This document shows, one piece after another, positions 1 to 7,939 of a DNA stretch of 30,005 bases. Positions within the stretch are counted from its first letter, which is position 1, and the number at the start of each line of letters is the position of its first letter. A program made the translations under genes and the position numbers. The stretch is from NCBI GenBank assembly GCA_038851565.1, contig JAWCKV010000007.1, positions 1 through 30,005 of the forward strand. Reading direction: 5' to 3'. Source of the stretch: Candidatus Hadarchaeales archaeon. GTDB taxonomy: Archaea > Hadarchaeota > Hadarchaeia > Hadarchaeales > Hadarchaeaceae. A model generated the notes under the pieces. The model made no database searches. It worked only from the letters and a program-made list of their open reading frames with translations, and had not been told where the DNA came from.

Positions 1-236
1 TGCCATCTCACTGAGGAAAACAATTTCGTAAAGTTAAGAAAACTATACCCCGCGCTGTGGGACCACGCGATGAATCACTTCGGGTTTAAACAAATATGTA
101 AAAAATGTGGGGTAAAAATTGAATGATTTGATTAACACAGGTAAAAAGAGTGAAGCATTTCCCGTTTGGCCGATTATAAACTAAAAACAGTCTTATCCTC
201 CCAACGCTTCAACTCCTTTTCAATAATAAGTTTAAA

Positions 237-313
237 TGGTGCGGGGGGAGGGATTTGAACCCTCAACATTCGGATCTTCAGTCCGACACTCTCCCAGGTT
301 GAGTTACCCCCGC
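237..313 (-). tRNA. tRNA-Phe(GAA), intronless, CCA encoded
   Basis: Reverse complement folds as a cloverleaf: acceptor GCGGGGG/CCCCCGC + A-CCA, anticodon arm TCGGA-CTGAAGA-TCCGA, T arm GAGGG-TTCAAAT-CCCTC. Confidence 0.97.
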
Positions 314-385
314 CCATCTAACCTAACAGGATGTCTCTTAAAAAAATTGCCAAGGGTCTTTTTATCGGGAGGAGATTTATCTTCG

Positions 386-1018
386 ATGAGAACACAGCTT
401 CACCGCGCCCTCTCCCGCATCCCATCGTACTCCCAGGAGCTGGGGCTGGACCTGCGCAGATCCCATGGCCGCTTCAAGTGGTTCCTCGCGTCCGTTCTGT
501 TCGCGAAGCGCATCTCCGCGGACATAGCGAAGAGGACTTACAGGGAGTTCGAGAGGGAGGGACTCACGACCCCCGACGCGATCCTGCAGGCGGGATGGGA
601 CGAGCTCGTCAGGGTTCTGGACGCTGGCGGCTACGTGAGGTACGACTTCTCCACGGCATCCACCCTCCTCGAAACGATGAAGAGGCTAAAGGAGATGGGA
701 GGGCTGGAGCGGATTCACGACGAGGCCAAGGACCCAGCGGACCTGGAAAGGAAGCTGATGGAGCTCAAGGGAGTGGGGCCAACCGCGGTCAACATCTTCC
801 TCAGGGAGCTGAGGGGGATATGGAGGAAGGCCGACCCCAAGCCCTCAGACCTTGCCCTGAAGGTCGCCAGGAGGTTAGGGCTGAAAGACGTGAAGGGCCA
901 AGAATCCCAGCTCGTGAGGATCTCGCTCGAGTTCTGCAAGAGAAGGAAGTGCGGCAAGTGCCCGGTGTCTGAGTGGTGTGGTGAAAGGGCTCGCCCTCAG
1001 AGTGACCAGCCCAGGTAG
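386..1018 (+). CDS. HhH-GPD/endonuclease III-superfamily protein with C-terminal 4Fe-4S motif
   Basis: HhH-like LMELKGVGP and C-terminal C-x4-C-x2-C-x5-C (FCKRRKCGKCPVSEWC). Start moved to ATG 386 (GGAGGAG upstream) because the track's start overlaps the tRNA. Confidence 0.75.
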   Translation: MRTQLHRALSRIPSYSQELGLDLRRSHGRFKWFLASVLFAKRISADIAKRTYREFEREGLTTPDAILQAGWDELVRVLDAGGYVRYDFSTASTLLETMKRLKEMGGLERIHDEAKDPADLERKLMELKGVGPTAVNIFLRELRGIWRKADPKPSDLALKVARRLGLKDVKGQESQLVRISLEFCKRRKCGKCPVSEWCGERARPQSDQPR

Positions 1019-1149
1019 GGAAAACTGGGCCGCTGGGTGCACCCCTGGTGCAAGCCCCTGAGGCGGGCCTAAGCCTCAGTAAAAACAGGGATGTTTCTCA
1101 TGGGGCAGCGGCCGCCGTTCCCGTTTTAAAAGACCTCTGCCTCAATGGG

Positions 1150-1178
1150 TTTATACGTATAGAAGTATACTTGTATAC
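1150..1178 (+). promoter_or_regulatory. TATA box and palindromic operator candidates of the toxin-antitoxin operon
   Basis: TTTATA at 1150-1155 overlaps palindrome TATACGTATA (1152-1161), followed by GTATAC-TT-GTATAC (1165-1178), just upstream of the antitoxin ATG. Confidence 0.55.
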
Positions 1179-1188
1179 GGGTGGAAAG

Positions 1189-1461
1189 ATGGCAACCACG
1201 GTAAGGATCGACAAAGAGCACAAACAAAAGCTTGAGCGATTTCTCGCCACTCACATCCTCAGGCGGGGGAAGAAGATCTCCATGCAACAGGCGCTTGGAA
1301 TGGCCATCGACCATGCGCTGGAGTGCGCGAGGTTCGCAGAAAAACTCGAGAAGTTGCCGCCTCTTGAGGAGGACCCAGCCTGGAAGATGTTTCAAAATCC
1401 GGTGCGGACCGGGATCAGGGATCTCTCGGAAAACATCGACAAATACCTCTACGGGGAGTAG
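1189..1461 (+). CDS. vapB: VapB-type antitoxin (RHH-like DNA-binding N-terminus)
   Basis: MATTVRIDKEHKQKL strand-helix N-terminus; C-terminal DLSENIDKYLYG typical of archaeal VapB; directly abuts a PIN gene. Confidence 0.75.
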   Translation: MATTVRIDKEHKQKLERFLATHILRRGKKISMQQALGMAIDHALECARFAEKLEKLPPLEEDPAWKMFQNPVRTGIRDLSENIDKYLYGE

Positions 1462-1866
1462 ATGGCGATCTTTCTTGACACATGTGTTTTGATAGCCGCC
1501 AGAAACGCCGATGACAAAAACCATGCGCGGGCAAAGGAGATCATGAGATCTGTGCTTAAGGGAGAGCATGGGGAAATTTACACCTCGGACTATGTGATCG
1601 ATGAGGCCATAACCCTGATGCTGAGGCGCACGAGGAGTCTCAGGCTGGCGATCGACATGGGTGACCATGTCCTGAGTTCGCCGAGGATACGCAAGCTGTG
1701 GGTGACCGAGGACGTCTTCGGTAGGGCGTGGAAGTTGTTCAAATCCCAGAAGAGACCGATGAGCTTCACGGACTGCACCTCCCTTGCGCTCATGGAGAAG
1801 AACGGAATTGGAAAAATCGCGAGCTTTGACTCCGACTTTGACGGGTTGGTCGAGAGGATGGGTTAA
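1462..1866 (+). CDS. vapC: PIN-domain toxin (VapC family)
   Basis: IFLDTCVLIA, VIDEA, SFTDC and ASFDSDF acidic PIN motifs; 134 aa. Confidence 0.92.
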   Translation: MAIFLDTCVLIAARNADDKNHARAKEIMRSVLKGEHGEIYTSDYVIDEAITLMLRRTRSLRLAIDMGDHVLSSPRIRKLWVTEDVFGRAWKLFKSQKRPMSFTDCTSLALMEKNGIGKIASFDSDFDGLVERMG

Positions 1867-1969
1867 CATGCTGCGGTCCGGATATGAATTCCCGCACCTG
1901 TGGCGGTTCACTCAGGACGGCTCACAGAACTCTTAAGGGCACGGGTAGACCCTATTTTTACGGTGAAAC

Positions 1970-3178
1970 ATGCACCCATCCAGAGACATAATCGGCACGA
2001 AGGGCGACGCTCTGAAGGGAAGGAAAATAGCCCTCTGCGTCACAGGAAGCGTCGCGGCTGTCAGGGCACCCGATATAGCAAGGGAGCTCATGCGCTTGGG
2101 GGCTGAAGTGAGGGCGTGCATGAGCGAGGGCGCCGAGAGCCTGATAACCCCAGATCTCATGCACTGGGCAACAGCGAACGAGGTGGTCACGCGCCTCAGC
2201 GGAAGGGTGGAGCACGTGGAGCTCGCTGAGTGGGCGGACCTTGTGCTCGTTGCCCCGGCAACCGCCAACACCGTCGGCAAGATCGCATGGGCGGTGGACG
2301 ACACGCCCGTGACCTCCGTGGTGTCTGTGGCCCTCGGGCTCAGGAAGCCGGTCGTGGTGGTCCCCGCGATGCACGGGTCGATGTACGACCACGCGGGATT
2401 CCAGGAGAACCTGAAGAGGCTGGAGGGAGCCGGGATTCTGGTCATGGAGCCGGTCCTCGAGGAGGGAAAGGCGAAATTTCCGGAAGTGGACTCGGTCGTG
2501 AGGTTCGTCGTGCGTGCGCTCGGCCCCAGCGACATGGCCGGGATGAAGGTCATCATCACCGCAGGCCCAACAAGGGAGAGGATAGATCCGGTGAGGTTCA
2601 TCACGAACGCCAGCTCCGGGAAAATGGGCATCGAGCTGGCCAGGGCTGCGGCCCGCAGGGGCGCTGACGTGACCCTGATCTATGGGCCGGGAACGGAGCG
2701 CCCTCCGGCTGGCGTGAGGGTCATCAGGGTCACAACAGCAGAGGAGATGAAAAGGGCAGTCGAGGAAAACCTGCCCGGCACTGCAATCCTCATAGGCGCC
2801 GCCGCTCCCCAGGACTTCACGGTCGAGAGTCCCTCCGAGAGGAAGTTGAGACATCACGAGTGCACGAGCATCAGGCTAGTCCCGGCTCCCAGGGTTATCG
2901 ACGGCGTTAAGAGGATCTCCCCGCAGACCTACGCGGCGGCCTTTAAGGCGGAGTTCGGCGCGACCGGCGAACAGCTGCTGGAGGCCTGCAGGCTCAAGCT
3001 CGCAGAGGGGAACTTCGACATGGTGGTCGGCAACGACCTCGCTGAAGAGGGCTTTGGAAGTCCTACCAACCGCGTGATCATACTCACGAAAAAGACAGTG
3101 GAGAGGGCAGCTGGGACAAAGCTGGAGATAGCCGAGCTGATACTTGACATCGCGCTCAGGGAGATAGGGGGAGCATGA
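1970..3178 (+). CDS. coaBC: Bifunctional phosphopantothenoylcysteine decarboxylase/synthetase CoaBC
   Basis: LCVTGSVAA, EHVELA, APATANT, PAMHGSM, TAGPTRERIDPVRFITNASSGKMG and FKAE motifs. Confidence 0.96.
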   Translation: MHPSRDIIGTKGDALKGRKIALCVTGSVAAVRAPDIARELMRLGAEVRACMSEGAESLITPDLMHWATANEVVTRLSGRVEHVELAEWADLVLVAPATANTVGKIAWAVDDTPVTSVVSVALGLRKPVVVVPAMHGSMYDHAGFQENLKRLEGAGILVMEPVLEEGKAKFPEVDSVVRFVVRALGPSDMAGMKVIITAGPTRERIDPVRFITNASSGKMGIELARAAARRGADVTLIYGPGTERPPAGVRVIRVTTAEEMKRAVEENLPGTAILIGAAAPQDFTVESPSERKLRHHECTSIRLVPAPRVIDGVKRISPQTYAAAFKAEFGATGEQLLEACRLKLAEGNFDMVVGNDLAEEGFGSPTNRVIILTKKTVERAAGTKLEIAELILDIALREIGGA

Positions 3179-4086
3179 GGCAGGCAAGGAGGGTTGCCTT
3201 TGTCCCCGCCCACATCTCAGGCTTCTTCCAGCCCTTCATAACCGAAAACCCAGAGAGGAGCGGGTCCAGGAACTGCGGCCCCTGCCTGGAGGAGGGCGTG
3301 ACGACGGAGGTTGAGGTGAGGAGGGGTGAGGGGGTCTCGCTGGAGGTGCTCGTGGACGGGAGGAGGGAGCGTGCGGAAACCACTGAGAGGGTGGCGCGGG
3401 AGATCATGTCGTGGTGCGGGGGAGGCTACAGCGTGAGGATCTCGCACAGGTGCGGGGTCCCCGTTGGAGCTGGATACGGAGCCAGCGGGGCAGGGGCGCT
3501 CGGCGCAGCCATGGCGCTCTCGGATGCGCTCGGGCTGGAAAGGCCGGTTGAGGACCTCCAGGGGGCAGCCCACAGGGCCGAGGTCATCTGCAGGACGGGG
3601 CTAGGGGACGTTGGGGCGCAGGTCATCGGCGGTCTCGTCCTCACGCTTTCCCCGGGAGCGCCGCCGCACGGGAGGTGGATGAGGATTCCCGTGCCGGAGG
3701 ACATCAGGATCGTCTGCGCCACGATGGGGGAGATCCCCACGGATGAGGTGCTCGGCGATCCATCAATTATGAGGCGCGTGAGGGCGGCGGGAAAGAAGGC
3801 TTTCGAGCGGGTGAGGTCAAGTCCAACTGTGGAGGAGTTCCTGAGCGCGTCCAGGGGCTTCATGGAGGAGACAGGCCTAGCCGATGATGATGTTGAGGAG
3901 CTTGTTGAGGTCGCGGAGGGAGCGGGCGCCATGGGTGCCAGCCAGGCGATGCTGGGCAGATCTATCTTCGCCTTCTGCAGGTCTTCCTCTGCGAGGCGCG
4001 TGATGGAGGAGATCCGCAAGAGGAGGGATGTCCCCTACTTGACCGTCACGCGAGTCAGGGAACGCGGCGCGGAGCTCGCGCGTTAA
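3175..4086 (+). CDS. Pantoate kinase (archaeal GHMP-kinase family)
   Basis: AFVPAHISGFF, PVGAGYGASGA (GHMP motif), AHRAEV..TGLGDV, SQAMLG; ATGA overlap with coaBC. Confidence 0.9.
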   Translation: MRQARRVAFVPAHISGFFQPFITENPERSGSRNCGPCLEEGVTTEVEVRRGEGVSLEVLVDGRRERAETTERVAREIMSWCGGGYSVRISHRCGVPVGAGYGASGAGALGAAMALSDALGLERPVEDLQGAAHRAEVICRTGLGDVGAQVIGGLVLTLSPGAPPHGRWMRIPVPEDIRIVCATMGEIPTDEVLGDPSIMRRVRAAGKKAFERVRSSPTVEEFLSASRGFMEETGLADDDVEELVEVAEGAGAMGASQAMLGRSIFAFCRSSSARRVMEEIRKRRDVPYLTVTRVRERGAELAR

Positions 4087-4604
4087 AATGTCTCCTCGTG
4101 CGTGACCTCGTCCAGGCCGCGCCTCGGGGGCATCCCCGGCTTCTCAGCCGGCTTTCCAACGGGGATCATGGCAACCGGCCTGACATCCCTGGGAGCGCCT
4201 ATTGCCCTCGCTGCCATTTCCTCGTCAAAGGCCCCCACCCAGCACGTGCCGTATCCCAGGGAGTATGCGGTCAGAAGCATGTTCTGAACCGCTGCCGCGG
4301 TGTCCTGTATGCAGTAGAGCTCTGCGCCTCTCCTTCCATATCTTCCCGAGGTGCGCGGGATGTTCGCGCAAACAACGATCACAACAGGTGCTTCCACTAG
4401 GAACTCCTGCCCATGGGCCGCCGCCGATAACATCTCCCTCCGCCTTCTGTCCCTAACCACAACGAACTCCCACGGCTGGCAGTTTCCCGCGCTGGGAGCG
4501 TGGATTCCCGCCTCAATGATCCTCCTCAGGTCCGCCTCAGGTACCGGGTCCCGAAGATACGACCTGATGCTTCTCCTTCCCCTTATGGCGTGAGAGAGCT
4601 CCAT
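4083..4604 (-). CDS. Nitroreductase family protein
   Basis: RRSIRSY, APSAGNCQPWEF and QNMLLTAYSLGYGTCWVG motifs. Confidence 0.93.
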   Translation of the reverse strand: MELSHAIRGRRSIRSYLRDPVPEADLRRIIEAGIHAPSAGNCQPWEFVVVRDRRRREMLSAAAHGQEFLVEAPVVIVVCANIPRTSGRYGRRGAELYCIQDTAAAVQNMLLTAYSLGYGTCWVGAFDEEMAARAIGAPRDVRPVAMIPVGKPAEKPGMPPRRGLDEVTHEETF

Positions 4605-4653
4605 CTCCTCCCACCTGCCTTTTAAGCGCTGCCCCCTAAATCATTTTGGTAGG

Positions 4654-4920
4654 ATGCCAGAGCTTTCCTCGCTTGACTGGATAGTGCTTAAGGCCGCGGA
4701 GCTCCTCGAGGACAAGGTGAAGGACCAGCCCCTCACCTACAGGGATGTCGAGATAGCATTCGAGATGTTCGCCTCCCCAAGGCTGAAAACGCTGCAGGAG
4801 AAGTCCGAGCTGCCCACTAGCTGGGAGCAGGCGAAGGACTTCGTGATGATGAAGCTCCGGGAGAGGGCGAAGCAGCTGAACTCCGAGACCTGGAAGAAGC
4901 CGGAGCTGAGCCTGCGGTAA
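4654..4920 (+). CDS. Hypothetical protein, 88 aa, helical
   Basis: Fills the gap between nitroreductase and metG; host-like codon usage; TTTTAAG about 30 bp upstream; no family recognised. Confidence 0.7.
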   Translation: MPELSSLDWIVLKAAELLEDKVKDQPLTYRDVEIAFEMFASPRLKTLQEKSELPTSWEQAKDFVMMKLRERAKQLNSETWKKPELSLR

Positions 4921-4961
4921 GGTTAAAGCCCGCTGCGATGAGTTTTCCGGGGCGTGGGAGC

Positions 4962-6767
4962 GTGAAGTTCTACATAACCACCCCGATATACTACATAAAC
5001 GCGGTCCCCCACATCGGGCACGCCTACACCACGGTGGCGGCTGATGCGCTCGCCAGGTGGCACAGGCTGAGGGGGGATGAGGTATTCTTCCTGACCGGCC
5101 TGGACGAGAACTCGGAGAAGACCGTGGAGGCTGCGAGGGAGCAGGCCTACTCAGACATCAGGGCCTACGCCGACTTCATGGCAGATGTGTGGAGGAAGGC
5201 CTGGAGGGTCCTGGAAATAAGCTATGACGACTTCATAAGGACGACCGAGGAGAGGCACAGGAATAACGTCCACGAGCTGCTCGAGAGGGTGAGGAGGGCC
5301 GGGGACATATACAAGGGGACCTACGAGGGGCTATACTGCGACGGGTGCGAGGCCTATCTGACTGAGAGCGACCTCGTTGACGGGAAGTGTTCCCTCCACG
5401 AAAAGGAGCCTAGGAAGGTGAGGGAGGAGAACTACTTCTTCAGGCTCTCCAGGTATGCAGATGCCGTTCTCAGGCATATAGAGGAGAACCCTGACTTCAT
5501 CCGGCCGGAGGCGCGCAGGAACGAGGTGCTCAGTTTCCTGAGGTCCGGGCTGAAGGACGTGAGCATAAGCAGGAGGGGGGCCGGGTGGGGGATAGAGTTC
5601 CCGGGTGATCCCTCGCACATTGTGTGGGTGTGGTTCGACGCCCTCTGCAACTATCTCTCCCCCAGGGAGCACTGGCCTGCGGACCTCCACATAATAGCCA
5701 AGGACATCCTGAGGTTCCACTGCGTGATCTGGCCCGCCATGCTTCTCTCCGCCGGATATCCCCTCCCAAGGAGCATATTTGCGCACGGCTTCCTCACCAT
5801 AGATGGGAAGAAGATAAGCAAGTCGCTCGGAAACGTGATCGACCCCGTCTACCTCGCCGAGGAGTACACTTCCGATGCCGTGAGGTATTACCTGCTGAGG
5901 GAGATATCCTTTGGCCAGGACGGAGACTTTTCCGAGGAGGGACTGAGGAGGAGGCTGAACGACGAGCTCGCGGACATCTTCGGCAACTTCATTCACAGGG
6001 TCCTGACCTTCACAAGGGACAGGTTCGGGGGGAAGCTGCCGGATGGAGAGCACGATCCTGAAGTGGAGAAAAGGGCCGCGGAGAGCGTGGAGAAAATTGA
6101 GGGGCTGATGGAGAGCCTTAAGATATCGCAGGCGCTGGAGGAGGTGATCTCCCTCGCAAAGTTTGGCAATGAATACTTCCAGGCGAACAGGCCATGGGAG
6201 GCCATAAAATCCAACCCAGCGGGAGCCGCCCGGTGCATACTGACCTGCGCAAACCTGGTGAAGACCCTTTGCGTGCTGGTGAGCCCCTTCATGCCTTCCG
6301 CTTCCAGGAACCTGGCACAACAGCTGCGCATCGAGGTGAAGAGCTGGGAGCAGGCGAAGAGATTCGACCTGAAAGGGGGACACCGGATAGGCGAGCCGAA
6401 GCCCCTTTTCACAAAGGTTCAGGGGAGGAGGAACAACCCGGGAACTGAGATCACTCTGGAGGAGTTCAGGAGGATGGACATGAGGGTTTGTGAGGTCGTG
6501 GATGCGGTCAGGGTCGAGGGCTCTAAGAGGCTGCTCAGGCTCGTGCTTGACACCGGGTCCGGGAGGAGAACCGTGGTGGCCGGGATAGGGGAGAGGTATT
6601 CCCCCGAGGAGCTCGTGGGAAGGAAGGTGGTCGCAGTTCTTAACATGAAGCCGGTCAAGCTGATGGGGGTATTGTCTGAGGGGATGATCCTCGCTGCAGA
6701 GGACGGTAAGGAGATGTCGATTCTTTCGCCGGACAGGGACGTCAGCCCGGGATCCAGGGTGAGTTAG
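4962..6767 (+). CDS. metG: Methionyl-tRNA synthetase with C-terminal tRNA-binding (Trbp111-like) domain
   Basis: YITTPIYY, HIGH, KISKSLGN, Zn knuckle CDGC-x13-CSLH, C-terminal OB domain (SEGMILAA). GTG 4962 preceded by GGGAG; alternative ATG at 4938. Confidence 0.97.
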   Translation: MKFYITTPIYYINAVPHIGHAYTTVAADALARWHRLRGDEVFFLTGLDENSEKTVEAAREQAYSDIRAYADFMADVWRKAWRVLEISYDDFIRTTEERHRNNVHELLERVRRAGDIYKGTYEGLYCDGCEAYLTESDLVDGKCSLHEKEPRKVREENYFFRLSRYADAVLRHIEENPDFIRPEARRNEVLSFLRSGLKDVSISRRGAGWGIEFPGDPSHIVWVWFDALCNYLSPREHWPADLHIIAKDILRFHCVIWPAMLLSAGYPLPRSIFAHGFLTIDGKKISKSLGNVIDPVYLAEEYTSDAVRYYLLREISFGQDGDFSEEGLRRRLNDELADIFGNFIHRVLTFTRDRFGGKLPDGEHDPEVEKRAAESVEKIEGLMESLKISQALEEVISLAKFGNEYFQANRPWEAIKSNPAGAARCILTCANLVKTLCVLVSPFMPSASRNLAQQLRIEVKSWEQAKRFDLKGGHRIGEPKPLFTKVQGRRNNPGTEITLEEFRRMDMRVCEVVDAVRVEGSKRLLRLVLDTGSGRRTVVAGIGERYSPEELVGRKVVAVLNMKPVKLMGVLSEGMILAAEDGKEMSILSPDRDVSPGSRVS

Positions 6768-6768
6768 G

Positions 6769-7404
6769 TTGCTGAAGCTCGACCTGCACGTCCACACCTC
6801 CCACTCCATCGATGGCATGTTCTCCGTGCGGGAGATGGTGGAATCCGCCAGGAGGAAGGGATTGAGCGGGATAGCGATAGCCGACCACAACACCACATCT
6901 GGGCTGAGGGAGGCAATGGAGCTCTCGAGCAGGGACTTCCTGGTCATACCTGGTGCGGAGGTCTCGAGCGGTGGCGCGCACGTGGTGGCGCTCGGGATAG
7001 AGGAGGACATAGAGAGGGGCCTGCCGCTCAGCAAAACAGTTGAGACCATAAGGAGGCGGGGGGGCGTGGCGATCCTCGCCCATCCCTTCGTCCCGGGCAG
7101 GAACCCCAACGCGGTGAGGGAGGCGAAGTTCGATGCCATAGAGGTGCTGAACTCAAGGGCCTTCTTCCTCAGCAACCCGCTCGCAAGGAGGTATGCGGAG
7201 GGGAACGGGATGACAGCGGTTGCCGGCTCTGATGCCCATCACGCGGATGACGTTGGAACGGCATACACGTGCGTGGACTGCAGGCCGGACGTGGATGATG
7301 TTCTCAGGGAAATAAGGGAGGGCAGGACGAAGATAGGCGGCAGGGCCCTCTCGTTTCCAACGCTTCTCTGGAGATTCGTGCAAAGGACCTTCTCAAGAAG
7401 ATGA
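6769..7404 (+). CDS. PHP-domain metal-dependent phosphoesterase (TrpH/YciV-like)
   Basis: DLHVHT, ADHN, GAEVS, AHPF and GSDAH motifs. Confidence 0.9.
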   Translation: MLKLDLHVHTSHSIDGMFSVREMVESARRKGLSGIAIADHNTTSGLREAMELSSRDFLVIPGAEVSSGGAHVVALGIEEDIERGLPLSKTVETIRRRGGVAILAHPFVPGRNPNAVREAKFDAIEVLNSRAFFLSNPLARRYAEGNGMTAVAGSDAHHADDVGTAYTCVDCRPDVDDVLREIREGRTKIGGRALSFPTLLWRFVQRTFSRR

Positions 7405-7473
7405 GCGGGAGGGGGACGCGGGCAGAGCCCGCGCCCCTTCCTGCACCCCTTTGGAGGCTGGACCGAGGAGGTG
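7405..7473. other. Two adjacent GC-rich hairpins between convergent genes
   Basis: 18-bp stem (one bulge, two G-U) at 7405-7444 with loop AGA, then an imperfect stem CACCCCTTTGG/CCGAGGAGGTG at 7444-7473. Confidence 0.6.
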
Positions 7474-7486
7474 GGGGTGAACGCGA

Positions 7487-7663
7487 TTACTTCTTCTTAT
7501 ACTCCAGCAGGCCCTTGAATCCTACCTCCCTCATAACCCAGTCGTGCACCATTTTTCTGACGACCTCGCTGCGGTTCGTCCCGTATCCGGCGCTTATGAG
7601 GTCGTCAATGATCCTGAGATAGATGCCGTCAACAAAGACCCGGATCTCCTCTTTTTTCTCCAC
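7487..7663 (-). CDS. Ribbon-helix-helix (CopG/Arc/MetJ-type) regulator, 58 aa; not in ORF track
   Basis: Manual translation MEKKEEIRVFVDGIYLRIIDDLISAGYGTNRSEVVRKMVHDWVMREVGFKGLLEYKKK*; RHH signature G-Y-x-x-NRSEVVR; GTG start with GAGGAGGGG upstream; TTTAAATA at 7726-7733. Confidence 0.85.
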   Translation of the reverse strand: MEKKEEIRVFVDGIYLRIIDDLISAGYGTNRSEVVRKMVHDWVMREVGFKGLLEYKKK

Positions 7664-7682
7664 AACCCCCCCTCCTCATACC

Positions 7683-7864
7683 CTACAGTTAAATGACATC
7701 CATACTACAGCTAAACTGCACTTAGTATTTAAAGGTTGCGGCATCCGGAGAATCAGCATGGCATTTATTTTGCCTATATTGTAAATTTATCGGATTTTAT
7801 TGTAAGAAAATATGTTTCTACAATTTAAATTATTTTTTAATGGAAATACGGATATAATATATCC
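7683..7864. promoter_or_regulatory. AT-rich divergent intergenic region with direct and inverted repeats
   Basis: CTACAG(T/C)TAAA twice (7683, 7705); ATTGTAAGAAA..TTTCTACAAT (7799-7824); palindrome GGATATA-A-TATATCC (7850-7864). Confidence 0.55.
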
Positions 7865-7939
7865 TTTTCATGCTCAAGGATGAAAACCGCCTCCCTCCCG
7901 AACCCTAATAACTCCCGCCGAGAAGTAATACTGGTGACC

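Noticed and set aside
236..385. N-terminal extension of ORF 236..1018
   Set aside because: It is the antisense of tRNA-Phe; the likely start is ATG 386.
997..1101. Short minus-strand ORF MRNIPVFTEA* with possible TAG read-through
   Set aside because: Only 10 codons; no evidence for pyrrolysine machinery; the read-through product resembles nothing I recognise.
1970..2520. Missing Cys-containing substrate clamp in the CoaC domain as a sign of pseudogenisation
   Set aside because: The short EEGKAK version is, to my knowledge, normal for archaeal CoaBC, and the frame is intact.
5331..7175. 614-aa minus-strand ORF and many similar long antisense/alternate-frame ORFs
   Set aside because: Shadows of well-supported genes in GC-rich DNA; no recognisable motifs.
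7401..7622. 73-aa plus-strand ORF
   Set aside because: Antisense to the RHH gene and runs through the hairpins.
7799..7824. Resemblance of TTTCTAC/TTGTA words to a type V CRISPR repeat
   Set aside because: Single copy, wrong arrangement, no spacers.
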